Assembly: GCA_049314435.1 (NCBI GenBank)
Contig: JBMOFD010000003.1
Span: 1 to 46,200 of the forward strand
Reading direction: 5' to 3'
From: Chlamydiia bacterium
GTDB lineage: Bacteria; Chlamydiota; Chlamydiia; Chlamydiales; JBMOFD01
Length of the DNA: 46,200 nucleotides
Positions 26,636 through 35,808 of this stretch are shown piece by piece. A model generated the notes under the pieces. It had not been told where the DNA came from and made no database searches. It saw only the letters and a list, made by a program, of their open reading frames with translations. Position numbers and translations under genes: made by a program. Position 1 is the stretch's first letter. The number at the start of each line of letters is the position of its first letter.

Positions 26636-27242
26636 GGAGGATCCAATCGCTGAGGAGGTCTTCAAGGGCAAGTTGTCCCTCTCCCGTACGGCACGAGAAG
26701 GGAAGTAGAGTGGCGTGCGCGCTGACGGGATGGGCCTCCCAAGCGCGTCGAGTGTGGACGCGTTGCGACTGCGTCGCGGCGTCCCACTTATTAAGGAGAA
26801 TCACCGTGGGCACCGCGTTCATGAGAGCCCAAGAGGCCATCTGGACGTCTAATTCGAAGGGAAGATGGCGACCATCAGTGACGATCACGATCCCTCGAAG
26901 AAGAGGATTGCTCTGCATGAAGGTCTCAATCAACTTGTGCCACCGAGCTTTTTCCGTGTGGCTGCGCTGCGCGTATCCATAGCCAGGAAGGTCAATGAAG
27001 ACCGCAGGAGCGGCACTCAAGAAAACCTCTAGAGCGCGTGTCTTCCCGGGAGTTCGACTCACATAGGCCAGCTGCTCACCGAGCAGGCGGTTGATCAGGC
27101 TGCTCTTACCAGCATTCGAGCGTCCAGCGATCGCTAAATGGGGCAGTGCCCCACGGCTATCGCGCAGCATGCGGAACTGTGTAGGCAGATGCCAGCTGTC
27201 ATGATGGCGAGCGGGCCGGAAATGCAGGCGTGCCACGATCAA
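26622..27242 (-). CDS. engB: Ribosome biogenesis GTPase YihA/YsxC
   Basis: G1 GRSNAGKS, G2 SRTPGKT, G3 DLPGYGY, G4 NKWD. Confidence 0.95.
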   Translation of the reverse strand: MIVARLHFRPARHHDSWHLPTQFRMLRDSRGALPHLAIAGRSNAGKSSLINRLLGEQLAYVSRTPGKTRALEVFLSAAPAVFIDLPGYGYAQRSHTEKARWHKLIETFMQSNPLLRGIVIVTDGRHLPFELDVQMASWALMNAVPTVILLNKWDAATQSQRVHTRRAWEAHPVSAHATLLPFSCRTGEGQLALEDLLSDWILHAPS

Positions 27243-27706
27243 TGTCCCTCCGAGAGTTGCAGCAGCTGCCGCCCCGATCCCGAGACGAGCAGCTGGAGTT
27301 CCCAGCTGTTGTCGGGGCGCCAGCCTTCCAGCCGTTCAGGCCACTCGATCAGGGTAAGCCGGGAGGACTCGATGACCTCTTCCCAGCCCATGCGGTAGAA
27401 CTCATCGGCACGGCTGAGCCGATAGAGATCGAAGTGGGCCACGTTCCCCTCGGGGGTTGGGTAGAGATGTAGGTAGGTGAAGGTGGGGCTCGTGACCTCA
27501 CCCTGGAAACCGAGCCCACGCAGGGCTCCACGGGTGAAGGTCGTCTTGCCAGCCCCGAGTCCTCCAAAAAGCATCACAACAGCCCCTTTCGGGAGAGCGC
27601 AACACCACCCCGCAGCAAAGGACTCCGTCGCTGCTGCGGAGTGGGTCTCCGCCAGGAGACGAGGAGAGGCTTCTAGGCCTCGGCTGTCTCTTCCTCTTCT
27701 GTCCAA
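27239..27706 (-). CDS. tsaE: tRNA threonylcarbamoyladenosine biosynthesis ATPase TsaE
   Basis: GGLGAGKTTF, VTSPTF, HFDLYRL, LIEWPE; start uncertain. Confidence 0.95.
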   Translation of the reverse strand: MDRRGRDSRGLEASPRLLAETHSAAATESFAAGWCCALPKGAVVMLFGGLGAGKTTFTRGALRGLGFQGEVTSPTFTYLHLYPTPEGNVAHFDLYRLSRADEFYRMGWEEVIESSRLTLIEWPERLEGWRPDNSWELQLLVSGSGRQLLQLSEGH

Positions 27707-28410
27707 CGCTCGACCATGGTCTGGAATAGATCGTCCTCAGAGAGTGCTTCCACAAACTCGGCAAGACGCTCTTGCGTCAGCTGGGACTGAATGAAATGGA
27801 GGAAATGTTCTTCAATCGTGTAGCGGTTCTGGTTCTGTACTTCGACCAGAGTCAACGGCTTGACGTAGTTCTCCTCAAAATCTCGGATCACAGAGGCTTT
27901 GCTGTTGAAGAGCTTCCCTGTCACCATCGAGCTGAAGACGATCTTCGTGATCGGCTCGCGGCGCTTGCTAATGTACTGCTTGATCACTTCTGGATCTTCG
28001 CTGACCCAGAAACGCTTAGCCTTCAGACCGCCGACTCGCTCGGTGTTTTCAGGACACTTGCCGACCCAATCATAGATCGCATCTTGAGGATTGGGGTGGG
28101 TGTTGTTCCCGAAGACCTTCCCTGTCCAAGGACAGATGTAGATCTTTCGAGTCTCCTCAGTGACCGCGGGAGTCCCGAGCTGGATCTTGATCTCGGTCTC
28201 TTTCCACAGACGTCCCTCACGCTCCAGAATGCGGATCGCATCTTCCTTGCTCTGGTAGATGATCTTGTCGCGTAAGAAGAGAACGGGACTGAGGTTAAAC
28301 TTTTTTTCCACGTAGAAGAGGTAGGCAGTCACCAGATCGACCTTGCGATTCTTAGCAAAGAACCGGTCTAGCTCAGCTTTGATCTCATCGGAAAGAATAA
28401 TAGCAGCCAT
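27673..28410 (-). CDS. Chlamydiae-specific DUF2709 family protein
   Basis: KIYICPWTGKVFGNNTHPNPQDAIYDWV...KRFWVSEDPEVI; upstream of tsaE and dnaQ as in Chlamydia; ATG at 28410. Confidence 0.85.
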   Translation of the reverse strand: MAAIILSDEIKAELDRFFAKNRKVDLVTAYLFYVEKKFNLSPVLFLRDKIIYQSKEDAIRILEREGRLWKETEIKIQLGTPAVTEETRKIYICPWTGKVFGNNTHPNPQDAIYDWVGKCPENTERVGGLKAKRFWVSEDPEVIKQYISKRREPITKIVFSSMVTGKLFNSKASVIRDFEENYVKPLTLVEVQNQNRYTIEEHFLHFIQSQLTQERLAEFVEALSEDDLFQTMVERWTEEEETAEA

Positions 28411-28654
28411 GTAAAACCAAAAAAGAGTAGCAGCCACTTGTAAGAATGGAATGCTAGACTGACTTATTGAATGATCATCATAGGATGCTACCCTCCGGGG
28501 ATGGATTTATTCAAGAGAACTTTTAGCCTTATTCGTGGGGAATGAGGGGCTGCCTTCATGGGGAAAGAGAGGGGGTTCGACTGGGAGGGTCTCCCATCAG
28601 TGGCGGCATCATACCTCCTATGGTAACCTCTCTCCTTTTGGATCAGGAGGAGTT

Positions 28655-30379
28655 GTGCTTCGGGAATCACTAGATCGGATTTTTGTGGCGGCAGTCGGTC
28701 AGGCGTTTCCGGAGATGGCTCCTTTGGCTCATGCGGAGGTGACGCCGGCAACTGATGCCAAGTTTGGCGACTATCAGTGCAACCTGGCGATGAAACTCGC
28801 CAAGCCTCTGCAGCGCTCTCCGCGTCAGGTGGCTGAGGCGATTATGCAGTCGGTCCAAGAGGAACCTCTCATCGGTCGTCTTGAGATAGCCGGTCCTGGA
28901 TTCATCAATATCCACCTCTCCCCTCTGGCGATCTCCCAATGCGTGACGGGCCTGCTTGAGTCAGGGGGTATGGGGCTTGTGGTGCCACAGCCTCGGCAGC
29001 GGATTGTTATTGATTTCAGCTCTCCCAATACCGCAAAGGAGATGCATGTCGGGCATCTCCGCTCCACCATCATTGGGGATGCGCTGGCGCGCCTCTTTGA
29101 GGCGCTCGATCAGGATGTTCTCCGGCTAAATCACATCGGAGATTGGGGCACCGCCTTTGGGATGCTGATTGCCTACATCAAGGAGCATGCACCTGCTGTA
29201 TTGCAGGGAGAGCACGCGGTGGAGTTGGCCACCCTTGTGCAGTGGTATCGTCAGTCGAAGGCACTCTTCGATCAGGACCTGCGTTTCCGTAAGGCCGCGC
29301 AGATGGAAGTGGTCGCTCTTCAGGGCGGAGATCCGGAGGCACGTCGGGCCTGGGGACTGATCTGCGAAGTTTCTAGGATCGCCTATCAGCAAGTCTACGA
29401 CCTGCTGGAGATCCGCCTTAAGGAGAGAGGAGAGAGCTTCTACCAGCCGATGCTGGCTGAGATCGTCAAGGAGTTCGAGGCGAAGGGCCTCGTGGCAGTC
29501 TCGGATGGAGCGCGCTGTATCTTCCTAGATGGGTTTGTGAATCGCGAAGGCGATCCTCTCCCTCTGATGGTCCAGAAGAGCGACGGTGGCTACAACTACG
29601 ACACCACAGACCTCGCTGCTATGAAGCAGCGGATCGAAGAGGAGAAGGCCGATCGGATCATCATCGTCACCGATGCTGGACAGGCACAGCACTTTGCCAT
29701 GATTGCAGCGGCAGGCGAGAAGGCCGGTTGGTTCTCCAGCCGACCAGTGCGATTCGATCACGTGCCCTTCGGGCTGGTCTTAGGTCCTGATGGCAAGAAG
29801 TTCCGCACCCGAAGTGGGGAAACGGAGCGTCTGGTCGATTTGCTAGGGGATGCAACGGAAGCGGCTACCAAGATGGTGACGGAGAGACACCCCGACTGGT
29901 CCCAAGAAGAGATCACCAACACCGGCCTGGCCATTGGGATCAACGCTGTGAAGTATGCCGACCTCGTTTCTCATCGAGTGAAGGACTATCACTATAGCTC
30001 AGAGCGTATGCTGCGCTTTGAAGGCAATACCGCGCCGTTCCTGTTGTATAGCTATGTGCGAGCGAAATCGATCCTGCGCCGTCTCCCTCCTCCGCCTAAA
30101 CAGGTCACCGTTGATCTGCGGGCTACGAGCGAAATCCGTCTGGGGATCCTGCTACTTCAATTCCCGGAGATCTTGTTGAGCGTTGCTGAGGATCTATTGC
30201 CTCATCGCCTAGCGGACTACCTCTATCGACTGGCTGACGCGTTCAATGCCTTCTTCCGAGATTGCCATGTGGAGGGCACCCCAGAGCAGGAGAGCCGAGC
30301 CGGACTCGTGAAGCTCACAGAGAGAATCCTTGGAAAAGGACTCCAGATCCTGGGACTACGTCTGCTGGAGCGTATGTAG
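28655..30379 (+). CDS. argS: Arginine--tRNA ligase
   Basis: FGDYQCN, AGPGFIN, DFSSPNTAKEMHVGHLRST, GDWG, KSDGGYNY, KFRTRSG, FEGNTAPFLLYSYVR; GTG at 28655 after AGGAGG. Confidence 0.98.
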   Translation: MLRESLDRIFVAAVGQAFPEMAPLAHAEVTPATDAKFGDYQCNLAMKLAKPLQRSPRQVAEAIMQSVQEEPLIGRLEIAGPGFINIHLSPLAISQCVTGLLESGGMGLVVPQPRQRIVIDFSSPNTAKEMHVGHLRSTIIGDALARLFEALDQDVLRLNHIGDWGTAFGMLIAYIKEHAPAVLQGEHAVELATLVQWYRQSKALFDQDLRFRKAAQMEVVALQGGDPEARRAWGLICEVSRIAYQQVYDLLEIRLKERGESFYQPMLAEIVKEFEAKGLVAVSDGARCIFLDGFVNREGDPLPLMVQKSDGGYNYDTTDLAAMKQRIEEEKADRIIIVTDAGQAQHFAMIAAAGEKAGWFSSRPVRFDHVPFGLVLGPDGKKFRTRSGETERLVDLLGDATEAATKMVTERHPDWSQEEITNTGLAIGINAVKYADLVSHRVKDYHYSSERMLRFEGNTAPFLLYSYVRAKSILRRLPPPPKQVTVDLRATSEIRLGILLLQFPEILLSVAEDLLPHRLADYLYRLADAFNAFFRDCHVEGTPEQESRAGLVKLTERILGKGLQILGLRLLERM

Positions 30380-31357
30380 CGTAGGCTGCAAGCGGGTCTT
30401 GGAGGGGGCGCCTGCTTCCTCCTTCACAAAACTGGGGAGGGCATACCCAGGAAGTCGGGTGCGCAGCTCCTCCAAGATCGCATGCCCGTCTTCCTCTGGC
30501 ACCTCAAAATGGGCAGCGCCAGCTACACGGTCGAGTTGATGCAGGTAGTAGGGCTGAATGCCCTGATCGATGAGACATTCCAGAAGCGCCTGCTGAGAGG
30601 CGACGGTGTCATTCACGCCCTTCAAGAAGACCGCTTGATTCAACAGAGGGATCCCTAGGCTGCGCACACGAGCCAGCGCCTTGCGGATCTCGTCGTCCCA
30701 CTCTTCCGCACAGTTCGAATGCAAGATCCACCAGATCTGCGCCCTTCTTTCACGCAGCAGTTCCAGCAGCCCTTCATCGATCCGCTCGGGAATCCCTATA
30801 GGAAAACGGGTGTGGAAGCGCACGATGGCCACATGAGGGATCTGATCGAGCGCTTCTAAGAGACGCCCTAGTGTTCCATTAGAGAGGCTCAGTGGGTCGC
30901 CACCACTCAAGATCACCTCGCGAATGGACGGATCTTTGCGGATGTAGAGCAGCTCCTCCTCAAACCCATGTTGCTGGGTATAGTCGAAATGCTGTCGAAA
31001 GCAATAACGACAATGCATGGCGCAGGCGCCCGTAGTGGTGAGCAAGACGCGGCCCACATATTTGTGGAGAAGACGGGCATGAGGTCGGCACCTGCTGTCA
31101 CCCACCGGATCTGCTATGAAACCCTCGGCTGAGTCGAGCTCCTCAAGAAGAGGAACGAACTGTCGGGTGACGGGGTGATCTAGAGTTCCCTTGGGCATCT
31201 TGTTGGCGAGCCGTAGTGGGATGTTCACCCGAAACGAGGGACGTTCAACGAGGCGAGCCGCTTCGGGGGGAGCCAGCTGAAGATGGTCCACAAGTTGGCG
31301 TGGGGTAAGGAGATTAGAGCGCAATACGGCTTGCCACGACACTTTGAGCAGATCCAT
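30356..31357 (-). CDS. epmB: KamA family radical SAM enzyme, EF-P beta-lysylation protein EpmB-like
   Basis: LLHKYVGRVLL, CAMHCRYCFR, EVILSGGDPL, RFHTRFP, LNQAVFLKGVND, PYYLHQLDRVAGAAHF. Confidence 0.9.
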   Translation of the reverse strand: MDLLKVSWQAVLRSNLLTPRQLVDHLQLAPPEAARLVERPSFRVNIPLRLANKMPKGTLDHPVTRQFVPLLEELDSAEGFIADPVGDSRCRPHARLLHKYVGRVLLTTTGACAMHCRYCFRQHFDYTQQHGFEEELLYIRKDPSIREVILSGGDPLSLSNGTLGRLLEALDQIPHVAIVRFHTRFPIGIPERIDEGLLELLRERRAQIWWILHSNCAEEWDDEIRKALARVRSLGIPLLNQAVFLKGVNDTVASQQALLECLIDQGIQPYYLHQLDRVAGAAHFEVPEEDGHAILEELRTRLPGYALPSFVKEEAGAPSKTRLQPTLHTLQQT

Positions 31358-31478
31358 AGATAATTGATGCGGAATAGTTTATATCTAGACATGGAGACGA
31401 TGCTAGCTACTAAAGATAATTGAACTTGTAGCGGTAGCGTCGTCGGCTGTGTCGGCGGGGAACTAGAGGGAGGGGCCA

Positions 31479-32021
31479 ATGCGGAACATCATCGTGGGCG
31501 CATGCCTCCTTTGGATCGTTGGGGCAACGGGGATGGCAGAGCGGGTTCGCGAAGCTCCCCATTGTAATGAGGCGGATCGCGTGATGACGGAGTTCGCGGC
31601 TAAGGCTCTCGAAAGTGGGCTGGTGCTCACCGGATTTGGTGGACAGATGGGTCATGAGGTGCAGAGCTTTGCCCTCAACTTCTCGACGCAGTCCGTAGTG
31701 GACATCCAGAAGGCGCGCGCGCTGTACATCCAGGTCATGGAACGGTTCGTTCAGTGGGTGAACCAAGATCGCAAGATCCGTCCCTACTTGTCAGAGTTCC
31801 CCATCTCCTCTCGCAATGTTGAGCTCATGCTGAGCTTCAAGGATAGTCAGGGTCGTCTCCATCGAGACGGCAACATCTGCCTGATGTTCAACCTCCCAGA
31901 GCGGGATCGCATCATCTACAACAGGATGGAGCGGGACAAGATGGTGAAGGCGGAGGAAGAGCCGATGGATCGAGCGTTGGCTATCCAGATGGCGCGTGCC
32001 ATGCCAGAGCCTCAGTTCTAG
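31479..32021 (+). CDS. Exported hypothetical protein
   Basis: GAGGGAGG SD, signal-peptide-like N-terminus; GGQMG...ARALYI...VN...IRPYLSEFP pattern resembles a family I recall from environmental chlamydiae. Confidence 0.8.
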   Translation: MRNIIVGACLLWIVGATGMAERVREAPHCNEADRVMTEFAAKALESGLVLTGFGGQMGHEVQSFALNFSTQSVVDIQKARALYIQVMERFVQWVNQDRKIRPYLSEFPISSRNVELMLSFKDSQGRLHRDGNICLMFNLPERDRIIYNRMERDKMVKAEEEPMDRALAIQMARAMPEPQF

Positions 32022-32044
32022 ACGTTTACCTAGTTAGGCATAAA

Positions 32045-32089
32045 GCAGGGCTCTGCCCCGCACCCCGCTGGGAGACTACGTCCCCCAGC
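32045..32089 (-). repeat. Dispersed double-hairpin element, copy C
   Basis: Minus strand GCTGGGGGAC-GTA-GTCTCCCAGC, GGGGT, GCGGGGC-AGA-GCCCTGC; aligns with copy A. Confidence 0.7.
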
Positions 32090-32216
32090 CCCCCTCCCTA
32101 TGGTGGTCACCTTGCTAGGAGTTCTGTTGAAACAAGCTGTTGTAGATCAGGGATCTGTTGGGGAGGAATGTCTGGAGGAGGAACTCCTCCAGACAAAGAT
32201 GGGAACAGCGCTCCGA

Positions 32217-32888
32217 CTATTCAGTGGGGTGCTGGTAACGGAAGGCGCCAACAGCCACGAGAGCTGCCACGATCTGTGCCGCCACAAAGATGCCTACATC
32301 GGCCAGTGAGGTGATTCCTGTCAGGACGTTGCCCAGAGCAATCGCTGGATTGAAGACGCCGCCTGAAATTGGACCTGCTACACAGGCGCCGACGATGACC
32401 GTAAACCCAATTGCCAACCCATAGAAGGAGTTATCTGCTGTCTTCTTTGAAGTCGCTACGTTCAGTACGACGTAGACCAAGGCAAAGGTGAAGAGCAGTT
32501 CGAGGACGAAGACCGGTAGGACTTGTGAGACGGGCATGGGCATCGCGCCAGGTCCTTTGACGGCCATGCTGACATAGGCTGCAACCACGCTGCCGAGGAG
32601 TTGAGCGACGATGTAGGGGATGACATAGAGTCTATCCAATCCACCACGCAACCAGATGCCGATGGTCACGGCCGGATTGAGGTGACCGCCAGAGATGTGC
32701 GAGGTTGCATAGATCATGACCATCAGGACCGAGCCAATAGCGAGCGGCGCCAGCATCCCGACGGATGGGGCGATGGCAGCGAGGCCGACTGTGAGGACAA
32801 GGAAAAACGTGCCGATGAATTCCGCCACATAGGACGGAAAGCTCTTGATTATCAAGTTGCGCGGAGAAATTTTTGCCATAAAAACCAC
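32217..32888 (-). CDS. MIP/aquaporin family channel
   Basis: AEFIGTF, ISGGHLNPAVT, ELLFTF, ISGGVFNPAIA; six TM helices; start uncertain. Confidence 0.95.
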   Translation of the reverse strand: MVFMAKISPRNLIIKSFPSYVAEFIGTFFLVLTVGLAAIAPSVGMLAPLAIGSVLMVMIYATSHISGGHLNPAVTIGIWLRGGLDRLYVIPYIVAQLLGSVVAAYVSMAVKGPGAMPMPVSQVLPVFVLELLFTFALVYVVLNVATSKKTADNSFYGLAIGFTVIVGACVAGPISGGVFNPAIALGNVLTGITSLADVGIFVAAQIVAALVAVGAFRYQHPTE

Positions 32889-32980
32889 TTAAAAGATGAG
32901 AAGTACTCACAGCCCTTGATAAAAAAATGAATGGTCGGCTGTCTATCTTTTAGTTCCGGGTCCTAGCCGAACCATGGTTT

Positions 32981-34408
32981 TTAGGAGGGTCGATGCTTGC
33001 GGACGGTATCGGCAATTTCCGAGGTGATAGGAGCTCCATCCTGCTGAAGCGCTGGAGACGCCACCCGTTCAATCGAAGCCCCCATCGCTTGTAGCCGCTC
33101 GACCAGATGTTCGTAGCCTCGATCGAGGAAGCGGACGCCATGGATCGAAGAGGATCCTTGGGCCATAAGGGCCGCCATCACATAGGCAAAGCCCGCCCTG
33201 AGGTCGGGGATCGTAATCTCCGCTCCACGGAGCTCGGTGGCCCCCATCACGACTGCAGAATGGTGAAATGCTTGCTGATGATACCGGCAGCAAGATCCTA
33301 AGCACTGAGTGAAGAGCTCAATCTTAGCGCCCATTTTCCGCAGTGTCTCCACATAGCCAAAGCGGTTCTCATAGATCGTTTCATGGACGACCGACGCCCC
33401 TTCCGCTTGGGTGAGCAGAACGACAAACGGTTGCTGTTGGTCGGTAAGGAATCCGGGATAGACCCCTGTTTCTAGGTGCAGCCCTCCCTTAAGAGGTCCT
33501 TGCCAGAAGAACTCAATGTCCGCGTCGGTGATTCTCACACCACCGCCTACAGCACGTACCTTTTCAATGAAGCCAGTGAGTGTCTGATGCTGCAGGCCCT
33601 TGATCAAGACACGCCCTTTAGTCGCCAGAGCGGCGCAGGCAAAAGAGGCTGCCTCAGCTCGATCGGGAAGGACTCGATGGGTCACAGGATAGAACTGAGT
33701 GGTTTCACAGATGTAGATGGTGCGATCACTCTCCACGCTGATGCGAACGCCCAACTTTTGCAGGAAGAGGATCAGATCCATGATCTCTGGTTCCACAGCA
33801 GCGTTGCGGATCCAGGTGCTCCCGCGAGCTCGCACGGCAGCCAGGATGGTATTTTCCGTAGCACCTACGGAGGGAAAAGGTAGATGAATGGTAGAACCAC
33901 GCAGCCCCTGATGAGCTCGTGCTAAATAGGCTCCCTCCCGCCGCATGGAGCGATACTCGATCCTAGCACCCAGCTGCTCTAGCGCTTGAATGTGGAAGTC
34001 GACGGGTCGGTTACCGATCGCATCCCCGCCTACCGTGGGCACGATGATGTCTTGATCGGTCCGTCCGAGCAGAGCTCCAATCAGGAGGATCGGAATACGA
34101 TTGGCACCTGAAAAACGCTGAGGGATGTAGGTCGTTTTCAACTCTCTTGTCACGACTCGAAGTCGCTTAGCCTCGCGATCCCAATCGACCTCGGCTCCCA
34201 ATTCCTGGATGAGAGCCACGGTGGTCTCTACATCCCCAATATTGGGCACGTTCTCAAAGACGCATGGCTGGTCGGAGAGGAGCGAGGCCACCAGAAGCTT
34301 GGTCATGGCGTTCTTTGCACCAGCTGCCGTGATAGTCCCATCGAGCGGCGTCCCACCCTGAATCTGTAGCGTATCAAGCTGTGAGGGCAGGGTTGTCGTG
34401 CTTTGCAT
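32981..34408 (-). CDS. murA: UDP-N-acetylglucosamine 1-carboxyvinyltransferase
   Basis: GAKNA, GGDAIGNRPVDFH, PSVGATEN, NAAVEPEI, YPGFLTD, ETIYENRF, DLRAG, LDRGYE. Confidence 0.97.
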   Translation of the reverse strand: MQSTTTLPSQLDTLQIQGGTPLDGTITAAGAKNAMTKLLVASLLSDQPCVFENVPNIGDVETTVALIQELGAEVDWDREAKRLRVVTRELKTTYIPQRFSGANRIPILLIGALLGRTDQDIIVPTVGGDAIGNRPVDFHIQALEQLGARIEYRSMRREGAYLARAHQGLRGSTIHLPFPSVGATENTILAAVRARGSTWIRNAAVEPEIMDLILFLQKLGVRISVESDRTIYICETTQFYPVTHRVLPDRAEAASFACAALATKGRVLIKGLQHQTLTGFIEKVRAVGGGVRITDADIEFFWQGPLKGGLHLETGVYPGFLTDQQQPFVVLLTQAEGASVVHETIYENRFGYVETLRKMGAKIELFTQCLGSCCRYHQQAFHHSAVVMGATELRGAEITIPDLRAGFAYVMAALMAQGSSSIHGVRFLDRGYEHLVERLQAMGASIERVASPALQQDGAPITSEIADTVRKHRPS

Positions 34409-34575
34409 GAGTAAGATCCTCGGACAAAGGCTCTAGAGCCTTGAGCGTGATGCAGTTGTGGTTCCCAAGAGAGGAAGAGAGGTGAGAACCCCCTCTTAGC
34501 AGAGAAACCTACCTCCTGAGCCTATTTTAAGGAAGATGGCGTCGGAGGATCCTTTGTAGGAGCTCATATCAACAA

Positions 34576-34607
34576 GCCTAATCTCCGCATTTTTGCGGAG
34601 ATTAGGC
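34576..34607. promoter_or_regulatory. Perfect 14-bp inverted repeat in the divergent murA / outer-membrane-protein region
   Basis: GCCTAATCTCCGCA-TTTT-TGCGGAGATTAGGC; function unknown. Confidence 0.5.
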
Positions 34608-34701
34608 GGATTATTCTCCGCATCCTATGGGGTCGGGCCATTTTGAAGATGACTGCTTCCCGAGGAATCTTCCCTCCGGCAATATGCCGAACCATTGTCT
34701 G

Positions 34702-35706
34702 ATGGGAGAAAGTTTGACTCGCGCTGTTCGATGTTTGACTAGGGCTCTTTCTCTTGCCTTGGGACTTTCGGGGCCGCTCTTGGCGAGGGAGCAGTTCTTC
34801 GATGGGAATGTTCTACTGAACCACCCATGGTTCACCGGGCCCATTCTTGCTCCAGCCAGCAACGCGCTGCCCTATGGGCTTGCCGCTGTCCAGGCCAATA
34901 TCATAGAGATCAACCGGTATGGTCATTACCAGGCCAACTGGCATCAAGAGAGCATCCCATGCTTCCACTCCCTTGTTGTGAATCTACCCGTTGCTTATGG
35001 CCTGGGCGATAGACTGGACGTTCAGGTCATCCCTCGCTTCCTATACAACAGTCATGAGGGTCAGCACTCGACGCAGCTGGGTGATTGGGCCCTGGGTTTT
35101 GGTATCCAACTCCACCGAGGGGCGTTGGATTCGTGGATCCCTTCGGTGAAATTTGGGTTCCGAGAGTACCTTCCAATGGGCAGGTTCGACCATCTGAATC
35201 CAACGAAGTTGGGGACACAGGTGAGTGGGACTGGGTCATTCGGTTCCATGGCCGGATTCTCCATCCGAAAATTACTGAAATTCAGTGAGGTGCACTACCT
35301 CTCAACTGTCCTCAACCTCCGTGCAGCGTATTACACTCCCACCCATGTCAAGGGACTCAGTCTGTATGGCGGTGCTCCTGATACATGCGGTCAAATCTAT
35401 CCAGGCATGCTCTATGAAGTCATCCTCAGTGCGGAATATTCACTCACTGACAACTGGGCACTGGCCGTAGATTGCGACTATATTCACCGGGATCGCGATC
35501 GCTTTCGCGGATGCCCAGGGACGGATGCCGAGGGAGAGCCCGCCGTGGTGGGGAATCTCTCTTCTGAGCTGTTTAGCTTCTGCCCAGCGATCGAGTACAA
35601 CTTCCGAGCTGGATTCGGCGTCATCGCAGGCGTGTGGTTCAGCGCGGCTGGACGCAATGCTCCGGCCTTTGCGAACTTTGCCATGGACGTTGTCTATGTC
35701 TTCTAG
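34702..35706 (+). CDS. Putative outer-membrane beta-barrel (transporter / Phenol_MetA_deg-like)
   Basis: Signal-peptide-like segment ending GPLLA, alternating amphipathic strands, QLGD, LPMGRFD, GTGS motifs, C-terminal aromatic residue (VVYVF); ORF open from 34627. Confidence 0.7.
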   Translation: MGESLTRAVRCLTRALSLALGLSGPLLAREQFFDGNVLLNHPWFTGPILAPASNALPYGLAAVQANIIEINRYGHYQANWHQESIPCFHSLVVNLPVAYGLGDRLDVQVIPRFLYNSHEGQHSTQLGDWALGFGIQLHRGALDSWIPSVKFGFREYLPMGRFDHLNPTKLGTQVSGTGSFGSMAGFSIRKLLKFSEVHYLSTVLNLRAAYYTPTHVKGLSLYGGAPDTCGQIYPGMLYEVILSAEYSLTDNWALAVDCDYIHRDRDRFRGCPGTDAEGEPAVVGNLSSELFSFCPAIEYNFRAGFGVIAGVWFSAAGRNAPAFANFAMDVVYVF

Positions 35707-35808
35707 AGAGGATCTCCTTGGAATCCAACGGGATGCTCCTTTTTTGGATCGCAGAATCCCGCCATGTGTGGCACACTTCTCAAAAACTATGCATATCGAG
35801 GTATGTTC

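Noticed and set aside
28570..28600. GGTTCGA resembling a tRNA T loop
   Set aside because: No cloverleaf, D arm or anticodon arm can be built; kept only as part of the argS leader finding
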